DNA of 63,727 nucleotides from Basidiobolus meristosporus CBS 931.73. Its lineage: Eukaryota; Fungi; Basidiobolomycota. The DNA is taken from the NCBI GenBank assembly GCA_002104905.1, contig MCFE01000516.1, positions 1-63,727 on the forward strand. The letters are read 5' to 3'. Position numbers and translations under genes: made by a program. Below the pieces are notes generated by a model that was not told the origin of the DNA, did not search any database, and saw only the letters and a program-made list of their open reading frames with translations. Every line of letters starts with the position of its first letter. Position 1 is the first letter of the stretch. Positions 32,330-44,977 of this stretch are shown one piece after another.

Positions 32330-34762
32330 TTACACAACCATATTCCCAAAGGGTGAGTAAGGGGGAACCCGAAACTTCTCACCAAGAATCACATATGAAG
32401 TAAGCACCAGAAGGGAGTTGTGGGCAACGAGATCACCAGTCTCGAAGTACTGAGAAATAATGTCTGCCACACCCTCCCACTTTAACCAGCCTAATGCCTC
32501 ACATGACTCCTTGGTTAATTTCTGGCGGAAGAGTTCGCTCACTGGCGAATAGTTGTTTCTCGCAGCTGGCGCGAAGAAAGGATGTTTGGTCCGGAGGTAG
32601 AGCTCCTCGGTGATGTATGGCTTGACAGCCTCGCGAAGAATCCACTTTTCTACCAGCTCACCTGTCTCACTGAGCCCCAACTTGACTGAGCTGTTGTGAT
32701 TCAGTGGGTTAGTGCTGATGTTGAGAGGCATGATGGGTGGAGTAGTCACACTTACGGTGGAAGACCGTTCACATATTCAGTTAAGAAGTGATCAAGGAAT
32801 GGTGTTCTAGCTTCAATGGAGTGGGCCATCTCGCCACGGTCACCCAAAACGTTGCAAAGACCATTAGGTAGGAGGGTTTTGTTCTCACAATACTAGTGAC
32901 TTGGTCAGAATACAGACTGGGATACAAAATCATCTTGAGCAACCTACCAGAGCTGAATGTAATGGATGCCAGTTGTGGGCGATTTTCCGTCTTGCTTCAC
33001 CACTTAAACCGGAAGCGATGGCTAATGATAAATCAGGTGCTCCAGTCCGATGTAGTACATAATCGTTATATACACTCTTATTCACGTATAGAAACTTGCC
33101 GACCATCTGAGGGGTGCTAATTCCATTGAGCATTCGCTTAGTCACAGGGCTGTCGTCTATGTCAATTTTCGCTCCCATTGTTCCAGGAACCACCGATTTT
33201 GAGTGAATTTCATTGTCTAGAAGGGTAACTCTGTCCATTTCGGATAGAGGCTTCAACGAAGTCGTTAAATCTAGTTCGAGCAAATAATCAGAGGCAAAGG
33301 TCTTGTAGCCAGCAAAGTGTTCGTCAGACCCTTCTCCAGTAAGAACAACCTATTGTCTCATCAAATCAACATCATGAAAGCTCTCAAAACGTGATCTTAT
33401 TCTCGTACCTTGTAGCCCGCATCACGCACAAACCTCGAGAGTAGGAACTTGCTAACGCTGTTTACGTTGGGAACTGGCATCTCAAAATGCCAGATGGCAT
33501 CCTCAAAGGCCTCAGCAATCTTCTCGTCAGTGATCTCGAGCTTGTCAAAGATTGTGTCGCAGAACTCGGCTGTTCTTTCGGCAATCGGCCCTTCATCCAA
33601 ATGATTGCCCTCTGGAAATTCTAGTCAGTATCATTATCTCTCTCATCGCTCCCCTATCACCCCATAATACTGTTTACCTGGGAATGAAATGGTGAATGCA
33701 TGAATCCGAGCATTGGGATCCTTCTCTCGGAGAATCTTGGTGGCTATGCCAGCGATGCAAGAGCTGTCTATTCCTCCACTCAGATACACTCCGACTGGGA
33801 CATCGGATCTCAATCGCTGTCTGACTGCCTCTTCCAGGCGCGATCTAACCCCTTCAATCATCTCCTCAATGGATCGGGGGTCCTTCACTCTCTTGTCTGG
33901 GTAGTCAGCGTCCCAGTATTTTTCCATGTGAAAGGATCCAGATAGAGTGATTGTGATATAATGACCTGGCGGAACCTTTGGTGGTCCATCACAAGCTGTG
34001 TCAATAGAATGTAGAGGGGAAGTGTAATGCTGATGTCATACTTTGGAGATTCCAGCAAATTGTGTTCTCATGTCGGTCAATGGCCCACCATGGACAATGG
34101 AGTCAACATCCCAGGACATCTTCAGGCCGAGTGGGGGGAAAGCTTTGATCTCACTCGCAATGTAAAGCCTGTCATCCTTGTTTGCGTAGTAGAGCGGCTT
34201 GATACCGAATCGATCCCTTGCGGCAAGGAAGACGCTTCTCCTGGTGTCCCATAGACAGAAAGCAAATTCCCCGCGAAGGTGTTCTAGAAATGAGTACCCA
34301 TACTCTTCGTACCTGTCAAGATTGAATCCGCTTAATCGAGAGTGGAGTGGTGATAGAGTACTGAGGCAACATACAAATGCAAAGCGATCTCACTATCACT
34401 CGAGGTTTTGAATGTGTGTCCACTGGCAATCAGCTCCTCCCTGATCCGCTCGAAGTCGTAAAACTCTCCATTAACAATGACGTGAATATCGTCGGTCTCG
34501 TTAGATAAGGGCTGCTGACCACCTTCCAAGTCGATGATTGATAAACGGGTGTGACCCAATCCTTCATACAGAGGCATAAGTAAAGATGGGTCATTGAAAT
34601 GCTGTTGATGAACATACCAACACGCTTCAGTGGGTCGATATATCTTCCGTTGGAGTCCGGCCCTCTATGCAATATGGTGCGAAGAGAGGAAGTCAACTGA
34701 GCCTCTGTAACAGGAGCTAATTGGCAACTGTCACAATCAACATAAGCTACAATTCCACACAT
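32330..34762 (-). CDS. AsnB-like glutamine amidotransferase, copy C (8 exons)
   Basis: Same motifs and seven intron positions; traced by hand with no stop or frameshift. Confidence 0.9.
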
Positions 34763-35750
34763 TTATGGATGATTGTAACCTCAGCCTGGAAATCGAGTCA
34801 TTTATAGAAAAAGGAGCCATGTGCCTCCAGTCATCTCCAAAATAGAATCCATTCCGATGCACGATCCCTAAAATCATACTGGCGGGCTTTCAGGCAAGAA
34901 ACCATTGATGATTCATGGTCTGAGCTAAGAACATTGGTTGATCTTACCCTGCTGGTAGGTTTACATTTAGGCTGACTTAGCAATCCATGTGCCGTTTGAT
35001 AGAGAAACCAATGGAATCACATGTATCATGTCCATAAAGCATACCTTCTAATTAGTCAGCTTGTTTTGTTTGATGTAAACGGATGAATATGGCACATGCA
35101 AATCCTCTCCCACTATATGCTTTATAATCCACCAATGATCGTCATAAAAAAATGCGCATGGATGTGTCTATTTTTGATGTATTACTCGTCATCCGAATTA
35201 GTTTCTGTCTGAGAGCCTCACGATTACTTGTAGCTGATTTCTACAGAATATTGGCTTTCGAGCACACCCAAAACCATACCATATAATATCGTGCCTTGAG
35301 GCTCCACACATCCAGAAATAACAAGCATATATCTGTACAATACGATCCACTCCGGAATCGATATTCATTACCAGTCCAGTTTAGAAATGCACGTTCGCCT
35401 GCCAACGAATGGACGTTAGCAATAATTTTAAAGCAGGTTTCCTCCTCGGAGTTACAATACTGTAGCCATTTGTAGTAGGGAGATTTATTCTAGGTCACTA
35501 TCCTCAGAGAAACCGTCGAATATGGCTCTAACCAGTTGGAGAATTTATTGATTGATAATCTCGATTTAATAAATCTTCCTATTTCAGAATGGCAGTACCA
35601 GCTTGGTAAAAAATTCGGTACTTTAACACTTGCACTACCCCCAGATATTCCGAGGTAGCCAAAGCTTAGATCAACTCTAATAGTTACAATGATGGATGGA
35701 AGTTCCCACCGCATGTAGTGATGGGGATGAAGCCTCATGGCCGAATTACT

Positions 35751-38190
35751 CTAAGGAGCGTAGGCGGGAATCTGGAACCTCTCCCCAAGAATCACATAGG
35801 ATGTGAGCACCAGAAGAGTATTATGAATTACTTGATCACCTGTTCCGAAATACTTGTTCAGATTATCGGCAACTGGCTCCCACTTCAACCAGCCTAATGC
35901 CTCACAAGACTCCTTGGTTAATTTCTGGCGGAAGAGTTCGCTCACTGGCGAATAGTTGTTTCTGGCTGGAGGTGCGATAAAAGGATGCTTGGTTCGGAGG
36001 TAGAGTTCCTCGGTGATGTATGGCTTGACAGCTTCCCGGAGAACCCACTTTTCCACTAGCTCGCCTGTTTCATTGGCCCAAAGTTTGGCCGAGCTGTTGC
36101 AATCCGATGTTGAGTATTAGTGCTTTGCAGCTTAATGAACGGAGGGGGCACACTTACGGTGGGAGGCCATTCACATATTCGGTTAAGAAGTGATCAAGGA
36201 ATGGTGTTCTAGCTTCAATGGAGTGAGCCATTTCACCACGATCGCCTAAGAAGTTGCAAAGAACATTAGGTAGGAGAGTTTTGTTCTCAGAATACTAGCG
36301 GCTTGGTTAGAACGCGATCCAGGACATCAAATCGTTTTACATAACCTACCAATGCTGCATGTAGTGGATGCCACTTGTGAGAGATCTTCCGTCTTGCCTC
36401 ACCGCTTAGGCCGGAAGCGATAGTCAATGATAGATCCGGGGGCCCGGCTCGTTTTAGAGCGGAGTCGGCATATACTTCCTTATTTACGTATAGGAACTTG
36501 CATAATGTCTGAGGAGTGTTGATTCCATTGAGCATTCGCTTGGTTACTGGGCTGTCATCAAATTCGATATTTCTTCCTACTGATCCGTGAGTCCTCAACT
36601 GAGAGGGCTGTTCATTACCGTTTAAAAGTTCGAATCTATCACTTTCAGACAGAGTATTGAATGAAGCGGTAAGATCCGGTTCCAGCAAATAATCTGGCTC
36701 AAAAAGCTTGTAACCGGCAAAGTGTTCGTCAGACCCTTCTCCTGTGAGCACCACCTAGTCAACATTATATTAGTATCATACGTGCTTATAAATAGTCAAC
36801 CTATGCTCATACCTTGTAACCCGCATCCCGTACAAACTTCGAGAGCAGAAACTTACTTACACCATTCAGGTTGGGAATTGGCATCTCAAAGTGCCAGATA
36901 GCATCTTCAAAGGCATCCGCAACCAATTCGTCCGTGATCTCAAGTTTATCAAAGATTGCGTCACAGAATTCGGCTGTTCTTTCAGCGACTGGTCCTTCGT
37001 CCAAATGATTGCCCTCTGGAAATATTTATCACGTCATTATTACGGTTCCGCACTCCTCCCCCATCGCCGTGCAATATCGCTTACCTGGGAATGAAATGGT
37101 GAATGCACGAATCCGAGCATTGGGATCTCTCTCGCGGAGGATCTTGATGGCAATACCAGCGATGCAAGAGCTGTCTATTCCTCCACTCAGATACACTCCG
37201 ACTGGGACATCAGATCTCAATCGCTGTCTGACTGCCTCTTCCAGGCGCGATCTAACCCCTTCAATCATCTCCTCAATGGATCGGGGATCCCTCACTCTCT
37301 TGTCTGGGTAGTCAGCATCCCAATACCTTTCCATTTGAAAAGATCCAGACAGGGTAGCTGTAATGTAATGACCCGGAGGAACCTTTCGTTCACAAAGAAA
37401 TTCAATACGATTACAAGCGAATGTCGGTAACTCGAAAGTTATTTAGAGTAACGATGAATGAATTACCTTGGATATACCGGCGAATGGTGTTCTCATATCA
37501 GTTAATGGGCCTCCGTGGACAATGGAGTCAACATCCCAGGTCATCTTCAGGCCGAGCGGGGGGAAGGCTTTGATCTCACTCGCAACATAGAGCCTGCCAT
37601 CCTTGTTTGCGTAGTACAGTGGCTTGATACCAAATCGATCTCTTGCGGCCAGGAAAATGCTCCTTTTTGTATCCCATAGGCACAAAGCAAACTCCCCACG
37701 AAGGTGCTCCAAGAATGAGTATCCGTACTCTTCGTACCTGTAAATGGTAAATTCTCTTGGTTACACTGTGGTGTGGTAATAATATGCGGAAGCAACATAC
37801 AAATGTAAAGCGATCTCGCTATCACTGGAGGTTTTGAATGTGTGGCCGGCAGCAATCAGCTCCTCTCTGATCCGCTCGAAGTCGTAGAACTCTCCATTGA
37901 CAATAATGTGAATGGTGTTGGTCTTATTGGAGATGGGCTGTTGGCCACCATCCAAGTCGATGATTGACAAACGGGTGTGGCCCAAGCCTTCAGGACAAGC
38001 AGTAAGTAAAGACAGTCAATCGGGACTTGCTGGCTGTACACTCACCAACGCGGTTTGATGGATCAATGTATCTTCCGTTGGAGTCAGGCCCCCTGTGCAA
38101 GATGGAGTGAAGCGAAGCATCCAGCTTCGCCTTGGTGATGGGCTCCAATTGGCAACTGTCACAATCCACATAGGCTACAATTCCGCACAT
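35751..38190 (-). CDS. AsnB-like glutamine amidotransferase, copy D (8 exons)
   Basis: Same motifs and intron positions; appears intact. Confidence 0.88.
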
Positions 38191-38404
38191 CTTTGGATGT
38201 AAATAGGATAATTATGAATATAACCTGGAAATGAAGTCTCCTTTATAGGAAGCTTAACTTCGCTTAGACTCTATTGAGTTTACCCTGATTCCTCCAACCG
38301 GCTAAACGTTTGTTAACCTAGCCTCATACTTTATCTTGAAGGCAGCTAGTAGGTAAGAAGTTACTATCTCCATCCCTTGGCTTCGGTATTATCAAGTACC
38401 GCAT

Positions 38405-38424
38405 CGGAGAAAATAGAATAGCCG
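38405..38424. promoter_or_regulatory. CGG-N14-CCG motif upstream of copy D
   Basis: CGGAGAAAATAGAATAGCCG, ~215 bp upstream of the ATG. Confidence 0.5.
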
Positions 38425-39655
38425 AGACCATGACGAATGGGTGCTATCCTGTAATTAACAACACTTTTGACGTTGGGATGTTACTAAAGGCGCTGGGCCC
38501 GATCTGACATCACAGGATTCAGAGATATGATTCATTCAGGTTTCCTCGCCAACTGTGGATGTATCACCTATCACGTCCAATATAGAATCCATTAATACAA
38601 TATACTTGCTAATTTTGTCTTTCCACATGAACAGGTTATTCACTGTATCGATTTGGGAATGTGTCTTTGAGGTTCCTTGATATCGTGTCAAGCATCTTTT
38701 CTGGGCATACTGCATTGATGACAAGTTTGCACATTCCCCAGCTAAGCCACAAGTCTACCTATTGTTGAACCTACAACCGAAAATCCAAACATCGTTGTCT
38801 TACCTATCGTGTCCACAAGGCAAGAGCGTTTATGGGTCTATCCCGTCGAAGCATTCACTTTTGGTCCCTAGTGCATTTGCAGGCGATATTAAAAGTCCAT
38901 CTTCCTATGCGATGCGCTGAGGATAGATAGCCTTTGTGGTGGTCAATTCACACCCTCCGGTCATCATTATGAGTTTTCCTACAGCGGCGAGGTGCAGGAT
39001 TATCATATGAGCTCCCCCAAACATAGCACATTCGTGCACAAAACTTCCCAGCGTCAGAGATCAATGATGGTGCATGTCATTAAACTGGAGTAAATCGTTA
39101 CAACTCCACCAAACAGTGAATACTCTTATGGTAAATTTTCCTGATGATCAGGCGGCGAGGCTGAATTAGGAAATTTTGACGAGATGATGGTGGGACCAAA
39201 ATGATGGGAAATACGGCGGGGACCAGGTCAAAAGTGGTTGGACTGCATCACCAGATACAGTGGTGCATGGCTTTGCAATTACAAGCCCACTGCTTTAGCA
39301 TGCACATTCGATCTGATCGATATCATAGATGCTATAAACACCGCTAAGAGGGTGCATTTTCATGATTTTGCTTGCCATTCGAAGAGTTCTGATTCCTTAA
39401 AGCAGTCGCGTAGTTTCGTTTGCAGCGCAGATTCCTGCATAGTGCTTGTAATATTAAATGTATTTGAGTTTAACCAGGCGAGCCATACCCTCCTAATTGG
39501 TTCTTTTATTTCCGAAACCGGATTTATTCATCAGTTGGGTTGGTCATATATGGACATTCTGGCAAACCGAGTTACTCTTACAAAGAGCTTTTGACGGCTT
39601 AAGCCGATTAAAATAGTAACGATACTATATAAGATACACCATGGGATTCCTTTCA

Positions 39656-41333
39656 TTATATGACAGCAGCTGGGGCTTTTCCGCTGGAAGTGTAGGTGGC
39701 GACCTGGAATCGCTCCCCCAGGATCACATAGGAGGCAAGTACCAATAGGGTATTATGAGCTACCTGATCACCTGTTTCGAAGTACTTGGTCATAATATCC
39801 GCAACTGGCTCCCATTTCAGCCAGCCTAATGCTCCACATGACTCCTTGGTGATCTTTTCCCGGAAAATGCGACTTATCGGGGAATAAGTGTCTCTGGCAG
39901 CAGGAGCGATGAACGGATGCTTGGTCCGGAGGTAGAGTTCCTCGGTGATGTATGGCTTGACTGCCTCCCGAAGAATCCACTTTTCCACCAGCTCACCCTT
40001 CTCACTGGGCTTGAACTTGACCGAGCTGTTGTGATTCAGTGGGTTAGTGTTGATGCTGAGAGGCTGAATGGGAGGAGTCACACTTACGGTGGAAGGTCAT
40101 TCACATATTCAGTCAGGAAATGATCAAGGAATGGTGTTCGAGCCTCAATGGAGTGGGCCATCTCACCACGATCACCTAGAAAGTTGCAGAGACCATTGGG
40201 CAAGACTGTCTTGTTTTCAGAGTACTGGGAATCTATTTAGAATGAGTTCCAGTATACCAAATGATTTTGAACAACGTACCAGAGCGGCATGGAGTGGGTG
40301 CCATTTGTGAGCAATTTTCCTTCTAGCTTCCCCACTCAAACCAGAAGCCAGGGCCAAGGACAGATCAGGAGCCCCTGTCCGGCTTAAGACATGGTCTGGA
40401 TATACCTCCTTGTTGATGAACATGAATTTGCTTATCATTTGAGGGGTGTTGATTCCATTGAGCATTCTCTTGGATACTGGGCTATCCTCAATATCGATTT
40501 TTTCTCCAATGGATGCATACACCTTCAGTTGGGTGCTAGGTTCGTAATTACTTAGAAGATCTAGTCTGTCACTCTCGGACAGAGGCTTGAACGGAGTGGC
40601 AAGGTCCGGCTCCAACAGATAGTCCGGCTCAAAAAACTTGTAGCCAGCAAAGTGCTCATCAGACCCTTCTCCGGTGAGAACTACCTGTTGCCTCAACTAA
40701 TCAGTATTGTGAAGACTGGTAACTACCTGACTCCTTCTTGTACCTTGTAGCCTGCATCACGTACAAGTCTCGAAAGCAGGAACTTGCCAACACCATTCAC
40801 ATTGGGAATGGGCATCTCGAAGTGCCAAATGGCGTCCTCAAAGGATTCTGCAACCTTCTCATCGGTGACTTCAAGTTTGTCAAAGATTGCGTTGCAGAAT
40901 TCAGCTGTTCTCTCGGCAACCGGTCCTTCATCTAAATTGTTGCCCTCTAGAGATAATCTGTGTGTTAGTTCTATTGCCACATCAGCCCCCTTCATCCAGC
41001 AATATTTACCTGGAAATGAGATGGTGAATGCACGAATCCGAGCGTTGGGATCTCTCTCTCGGAGAATACTGGTGGCTATGCCCGCGATGGAAGAACTGTC
41101 GATTCCCCCACTCAAGTACACTCCGACTGGGACGTCAGATCTCAATCGCTGTCTGACTGCCTCCACCAGGCGAGATCGCACCCCTTCAACCATCTCTTCA
41201 ACGGATCTGGCATCTTTTACTGTCTTGTCTGGATAGTCAGCATCCCAGTATTTCTCTATGTGGACGGATCCAGATAGAGTGGCTGTGATGTAATGACCCG
41301 GTGAAAGCTTAGATATGCACAGGAGTTAGAGGG

Positions 41334-41364
<31 letters not shown>

Positions 41365-42140
41365 AAGCGAATGCCAAAAAAAGGAAGCACATCAAGAGTA
41401 GCACTGGAGGAATTACCTTGGCGATACCGGCGAATGGTGTTCTCATGTCAGTCATTGGCCCGCCATGAACAATGGAATCAACATCCCATGCCATCTTCAG
41501 GCCGAGTGGGGGGAAGGCTTTGATCTCACTCGCAATGTAAAGTCGGCCATCCTTGTTTGCGTAGTACAGTGGCTTGATACCAAATCGATCTCTTGCGGCC
41601 AGGAAAATGCTCCGCTTTGTATCCCATAGGCACAAAGCAAACTCCCCACGAAGGTGCTCCAAGAATGAGTATCCGTACTCTTCGTACCTGTAAATGGCGA
41701 ATTCTCTTGGTTACAAAGTGGCGTGGTAATAATATGCGGAAGCAACATACAGATGTAAAGCGATCTCACTATCACTGGAGGTTTTGAATGTGTGACCAGC
41801 AGCAATCAGCTCCTCCCTGATCCGCTCGAAGTCGTAGAACTCTCCATTGACAATGATGTGAATGGTGTTGGTCTTATTGGAGATGGGCTGTTGGCCACCA
41901 TCCAAGTCGATGATTGACAAACGAGTGTGGCCCAAGCCTTCAGGACAAGCAGTAAGTAAAGATAGTCAATCGGGACATGCTGGCTGTACACTCACCAATG
42001 CGGTTTGATGGATCAATGTATCTTCCGTTGGAGTCAGGCCCCCTGTGCAAGATGGAGTGAAGCGAAGCATCCAGCTGAGCCTTGGTGATGGGCTCCAATT
42101 GGCAACTGTCACAATCCACATAGGCTACAATTCCGCACAT
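39656..42140 (-). CDS. AsnB-like glutamine amidotransferase, copy E (8 exons)
   Basis: Same motifs and intron positions; near-identical to copy G. Confidence 0.88.
41333..41368. repeat. (GAAAGT)5 microsatellite in intron 3 of copy E; 3 units in copy G at 46655-46678
   Basis: Read directly; explains the 12-nt length difference between the matching E and G ORFs. Confidence 0.9.
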
Positions 42141-42362
42141 CTTTGGATGTAAATAAGAAAATAATGAATTCTAGCTGGAGGATAGTTTCATTTATAAGAA
42201 ATCTGAGCTCCCCTGGATTTTATTGGCTGTATCCTGATTGTTCTAAATGGCTAAATATTGGCCAATCCAACCTCTTACCCTGAAGCTATGGCATTTGGCA
42301 AGAGGAACATTATCCTCACTACCCCTAGGTATTGGTGTTAAGAAGCAATTTCCCTCGCATAC

Positions 42363-42382
42363 CGGAGGAATGAGTATAGCCG
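42363..42382. promoter_or_regulatory. CGG-N14-CCG motif upstream of copy E
   Basis: CGGAGGAATGAGTATAGCCG, ~223 bp upstream of the ATG. Confidence 0.5.
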
Positions 42383-43509
42383 AAACCTTGGGGTAAGCAA
42401 GCATTATACTGGCATTATTAATACTACGACGCTGGGCGGATTATGACCTCATTACATCGCTGGATTCAAGAAAATGGTCAACGTTAATGTACCGCTTATT
42501 ATTTCCAAATTAGAATTCATTGCTGTAGACCCCCGAAATCACTCTGGTTGGATCCATCTTCCCACCTCTGGTGTAGGCTCATCTCGCGAGGCATCCGACA
42601 GCCTCATTGATGATTCACTGATAGTTTGCCAAGCATATTGGGCGAACTGGGTACTTTAATGGCCGGTTCTCTTCTCAATAATCTAGCAAGACTGCCAATC
42701 CTTGTGCCCACCACGCGTGCGCAAATCCCATTGCTGAAGCCAATTAAATCAAATCTACGAGTCCGCATGACCAGCAGTTTCACTTCATTTAGCTCGAAAA
42801 TACAGAGGCCATGCTCAATTCTGGTTTGTGGTGAGCACCTACGCAAATCCTATGACCATGTCTGCGATTCTTAATGTTGGCGGTTCTGGGGTTACTTCTC
42901 GTTGATTGTATGCAGTTAAAAAGGCTCCACTAATGTGATATGGATAAACCTGATGGACAATTCATACCTTCTGGTATCACCATGAGAGACACAGGAATAT
43001 TCGTTTCTCCTTTACCAATCGTTCCCACATGACCTTCTCAGACACACTTTTATCGCTCATAAAAGACTCCCAGTGGCAGAAACTAGCGATATAGAGCGCA
43101 TCATCTGTACAACCATTAAACATCAATTGGTGTTTAGATTGATGATCAACAAGCGGAGTTGAATGAGAGCTGTGGTGCAGAATTGGGCTGTGCTACAAAC
43201 AGTGTAGGATTGGTAAATCCATGCGCTAGCACTTTGCTTGTTTCACTCGGGGGGGGGGATGCGACTGAGGTCATGCCCTTCGTCGGGTTAAATCTAAGAT
43301 CAATGTAACCAACAGTGCCCATTCATGATCTGCGCTTGCCATTCCAGATTAAGAACCCTTCGCTACTATACGATACTTACTATGCGCAGTAGCCCCACGA
43401 ATCTAGTTTTTGCCAGTATACAACGCAATGGAACCACTACTATGCAGACTCGTTAGAATACATATATGAATGCATTTTCCATACATTTTTGGGTGGAGTT
43501 TGTATCATT

Positions 43510-44054
43510 GGATCTTTCTGCAAGAATCATATAGGATACGAACACTAGAAGGGTGTTGCGGGATTGTGAGCCACTTGCTCACCTGCTTCGAAATGTCTGC
43601 AACTGGCACTCATTTCGGCCAGTTTGATGCCTCACATGACACCTAGGGAATTTTTTTGCGAGAGTTCACTTACGGGTGAATAGTTAATCTAAGTAACGCG
43701 CAAGGTTTTCGGTGTGTGTGGTGATAATCAGCTCATGAGTAATCCACTTGGGGCCGTAAAACTCATCATTGATAATGAAGTGAATTGGGTAGATCTTATT
43801 AGGGGTAGGCTGTTGTCCAACGTCCAAGCTAATGATCATAAGCGAGTGTGACCCAGGCATTTAAGACAAAGTGTAAATGAGGACAGCTATTTGAGTGGCC
43901 ATGATTATACACTCACCAACACGGCTCAAAGGATCAACGTATCTTCAGTTGAAGTCAGGCCCTTGTAAGGTGCAATATAGTTGTTTCACTGAGTCTCGGT
44001 AATAGAAGCTAATTGGTAACTGCCATAGTCAGTATTAACTAAAATTCCACACAT
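43510..44054 (-). pseudogene. AsnB-like amidotransferase pseudogene, copy F (about 1.9 kb internally deleted)
   Basis: Decayed ATGTGTGGAATT start, exon 1, intron 1 and exon 2 remnant joined near 43700 to last-exon NYSPVSEL-like sequence; in-frame TGA at 43986. Confidence 0.82.
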
Positions 44055-44294
44055 ATTTGGATGTGGACGATGAATGTGACTTGAACCTGGGAATTGAATC
44101 ATATATAGAAATAGTGACATGTGCCTCGCGGTGTCTCCAAAATTGAATCCATATGATTATCCCTGGGTCGGATTTATTGAATAGACTCTTATTTCTCTAA
44201 CCCTGCTTAATATTCAATTATATGACCAATAATTAAGAAACGTCACTTCTCTACTCCTGACCCACGGCATTATCAGGCAGCTCCCCACCCGCAC

Positions 44295-44314
44295 CGGAGA
44301 AAAGAGAATAGCCG
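44295..44314. promoter_or_regulatory. CGG-N14-CCG motif upstream of pseudogene F
   Basis: CGGAGAAAAGAGAATAGCCG, ~240 bp upstream of the relic ATG. Confidence 0.45.
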
Positions 44315-44977
44315 AGACCAGAACGGTTATTGCGAAGAGTACCATCCAGCAATTATCAATACCTTTGTTGTTACAATATAATGGATGATCTTCGGCCTGA
44401 TTTAACATGGATGATTCACAGAGAAGTCTCACTGCTAACTCTAAATCGCATTCTGTGTCCCTGGTTAGCTGTGATTGTATTACCCGTCTTGCCACAAGTT
44501 AATCTATCCTTGTGAGTCTCGTCCAGAGCTTTGTTGTTGAGTTCGACCTATCGTTTAAAACCATCTCGTAGAGTCCGTTTTTTAGTGCAGTTGCTGTACA
44601 ATGGGCTGAAGAATCTCCCTAATGATGGAGGGTCGTCTACGTGTCTAGTGCGTATCTGTCTTGTCTACGTGAACCAGAAGTGATGCCTTCTGATGGCTTA
44701 GTGGCTTCAATCTGCCAAGGTATGGTGCCCAGTCACTTCCGGATATTCCAACAGAATGCGTAGATGAAAGCTTTAATACAATGGCTCTACTCTATAATTG
44801 TTTCTTTTTTATGAAACGGCGGTTATTCATAATTTATAGTACGAAATATATGAACAATCTGGAAAACAGAATCACTATGGGATATTCAAAATACTTCCAC
44901 TTCACTAGACATCACAATGAGCCTTTTACAACTTGAATCAGTTGATATGATGACAACACCAGACAATATGTGCCATA

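Noticed and set aside
38500-43300. Short ORFs in array spacers (e.g. 38536-38724, 39238-39594, 42604-42874)
   Set aside because: No motifs, and not conserved between spacers
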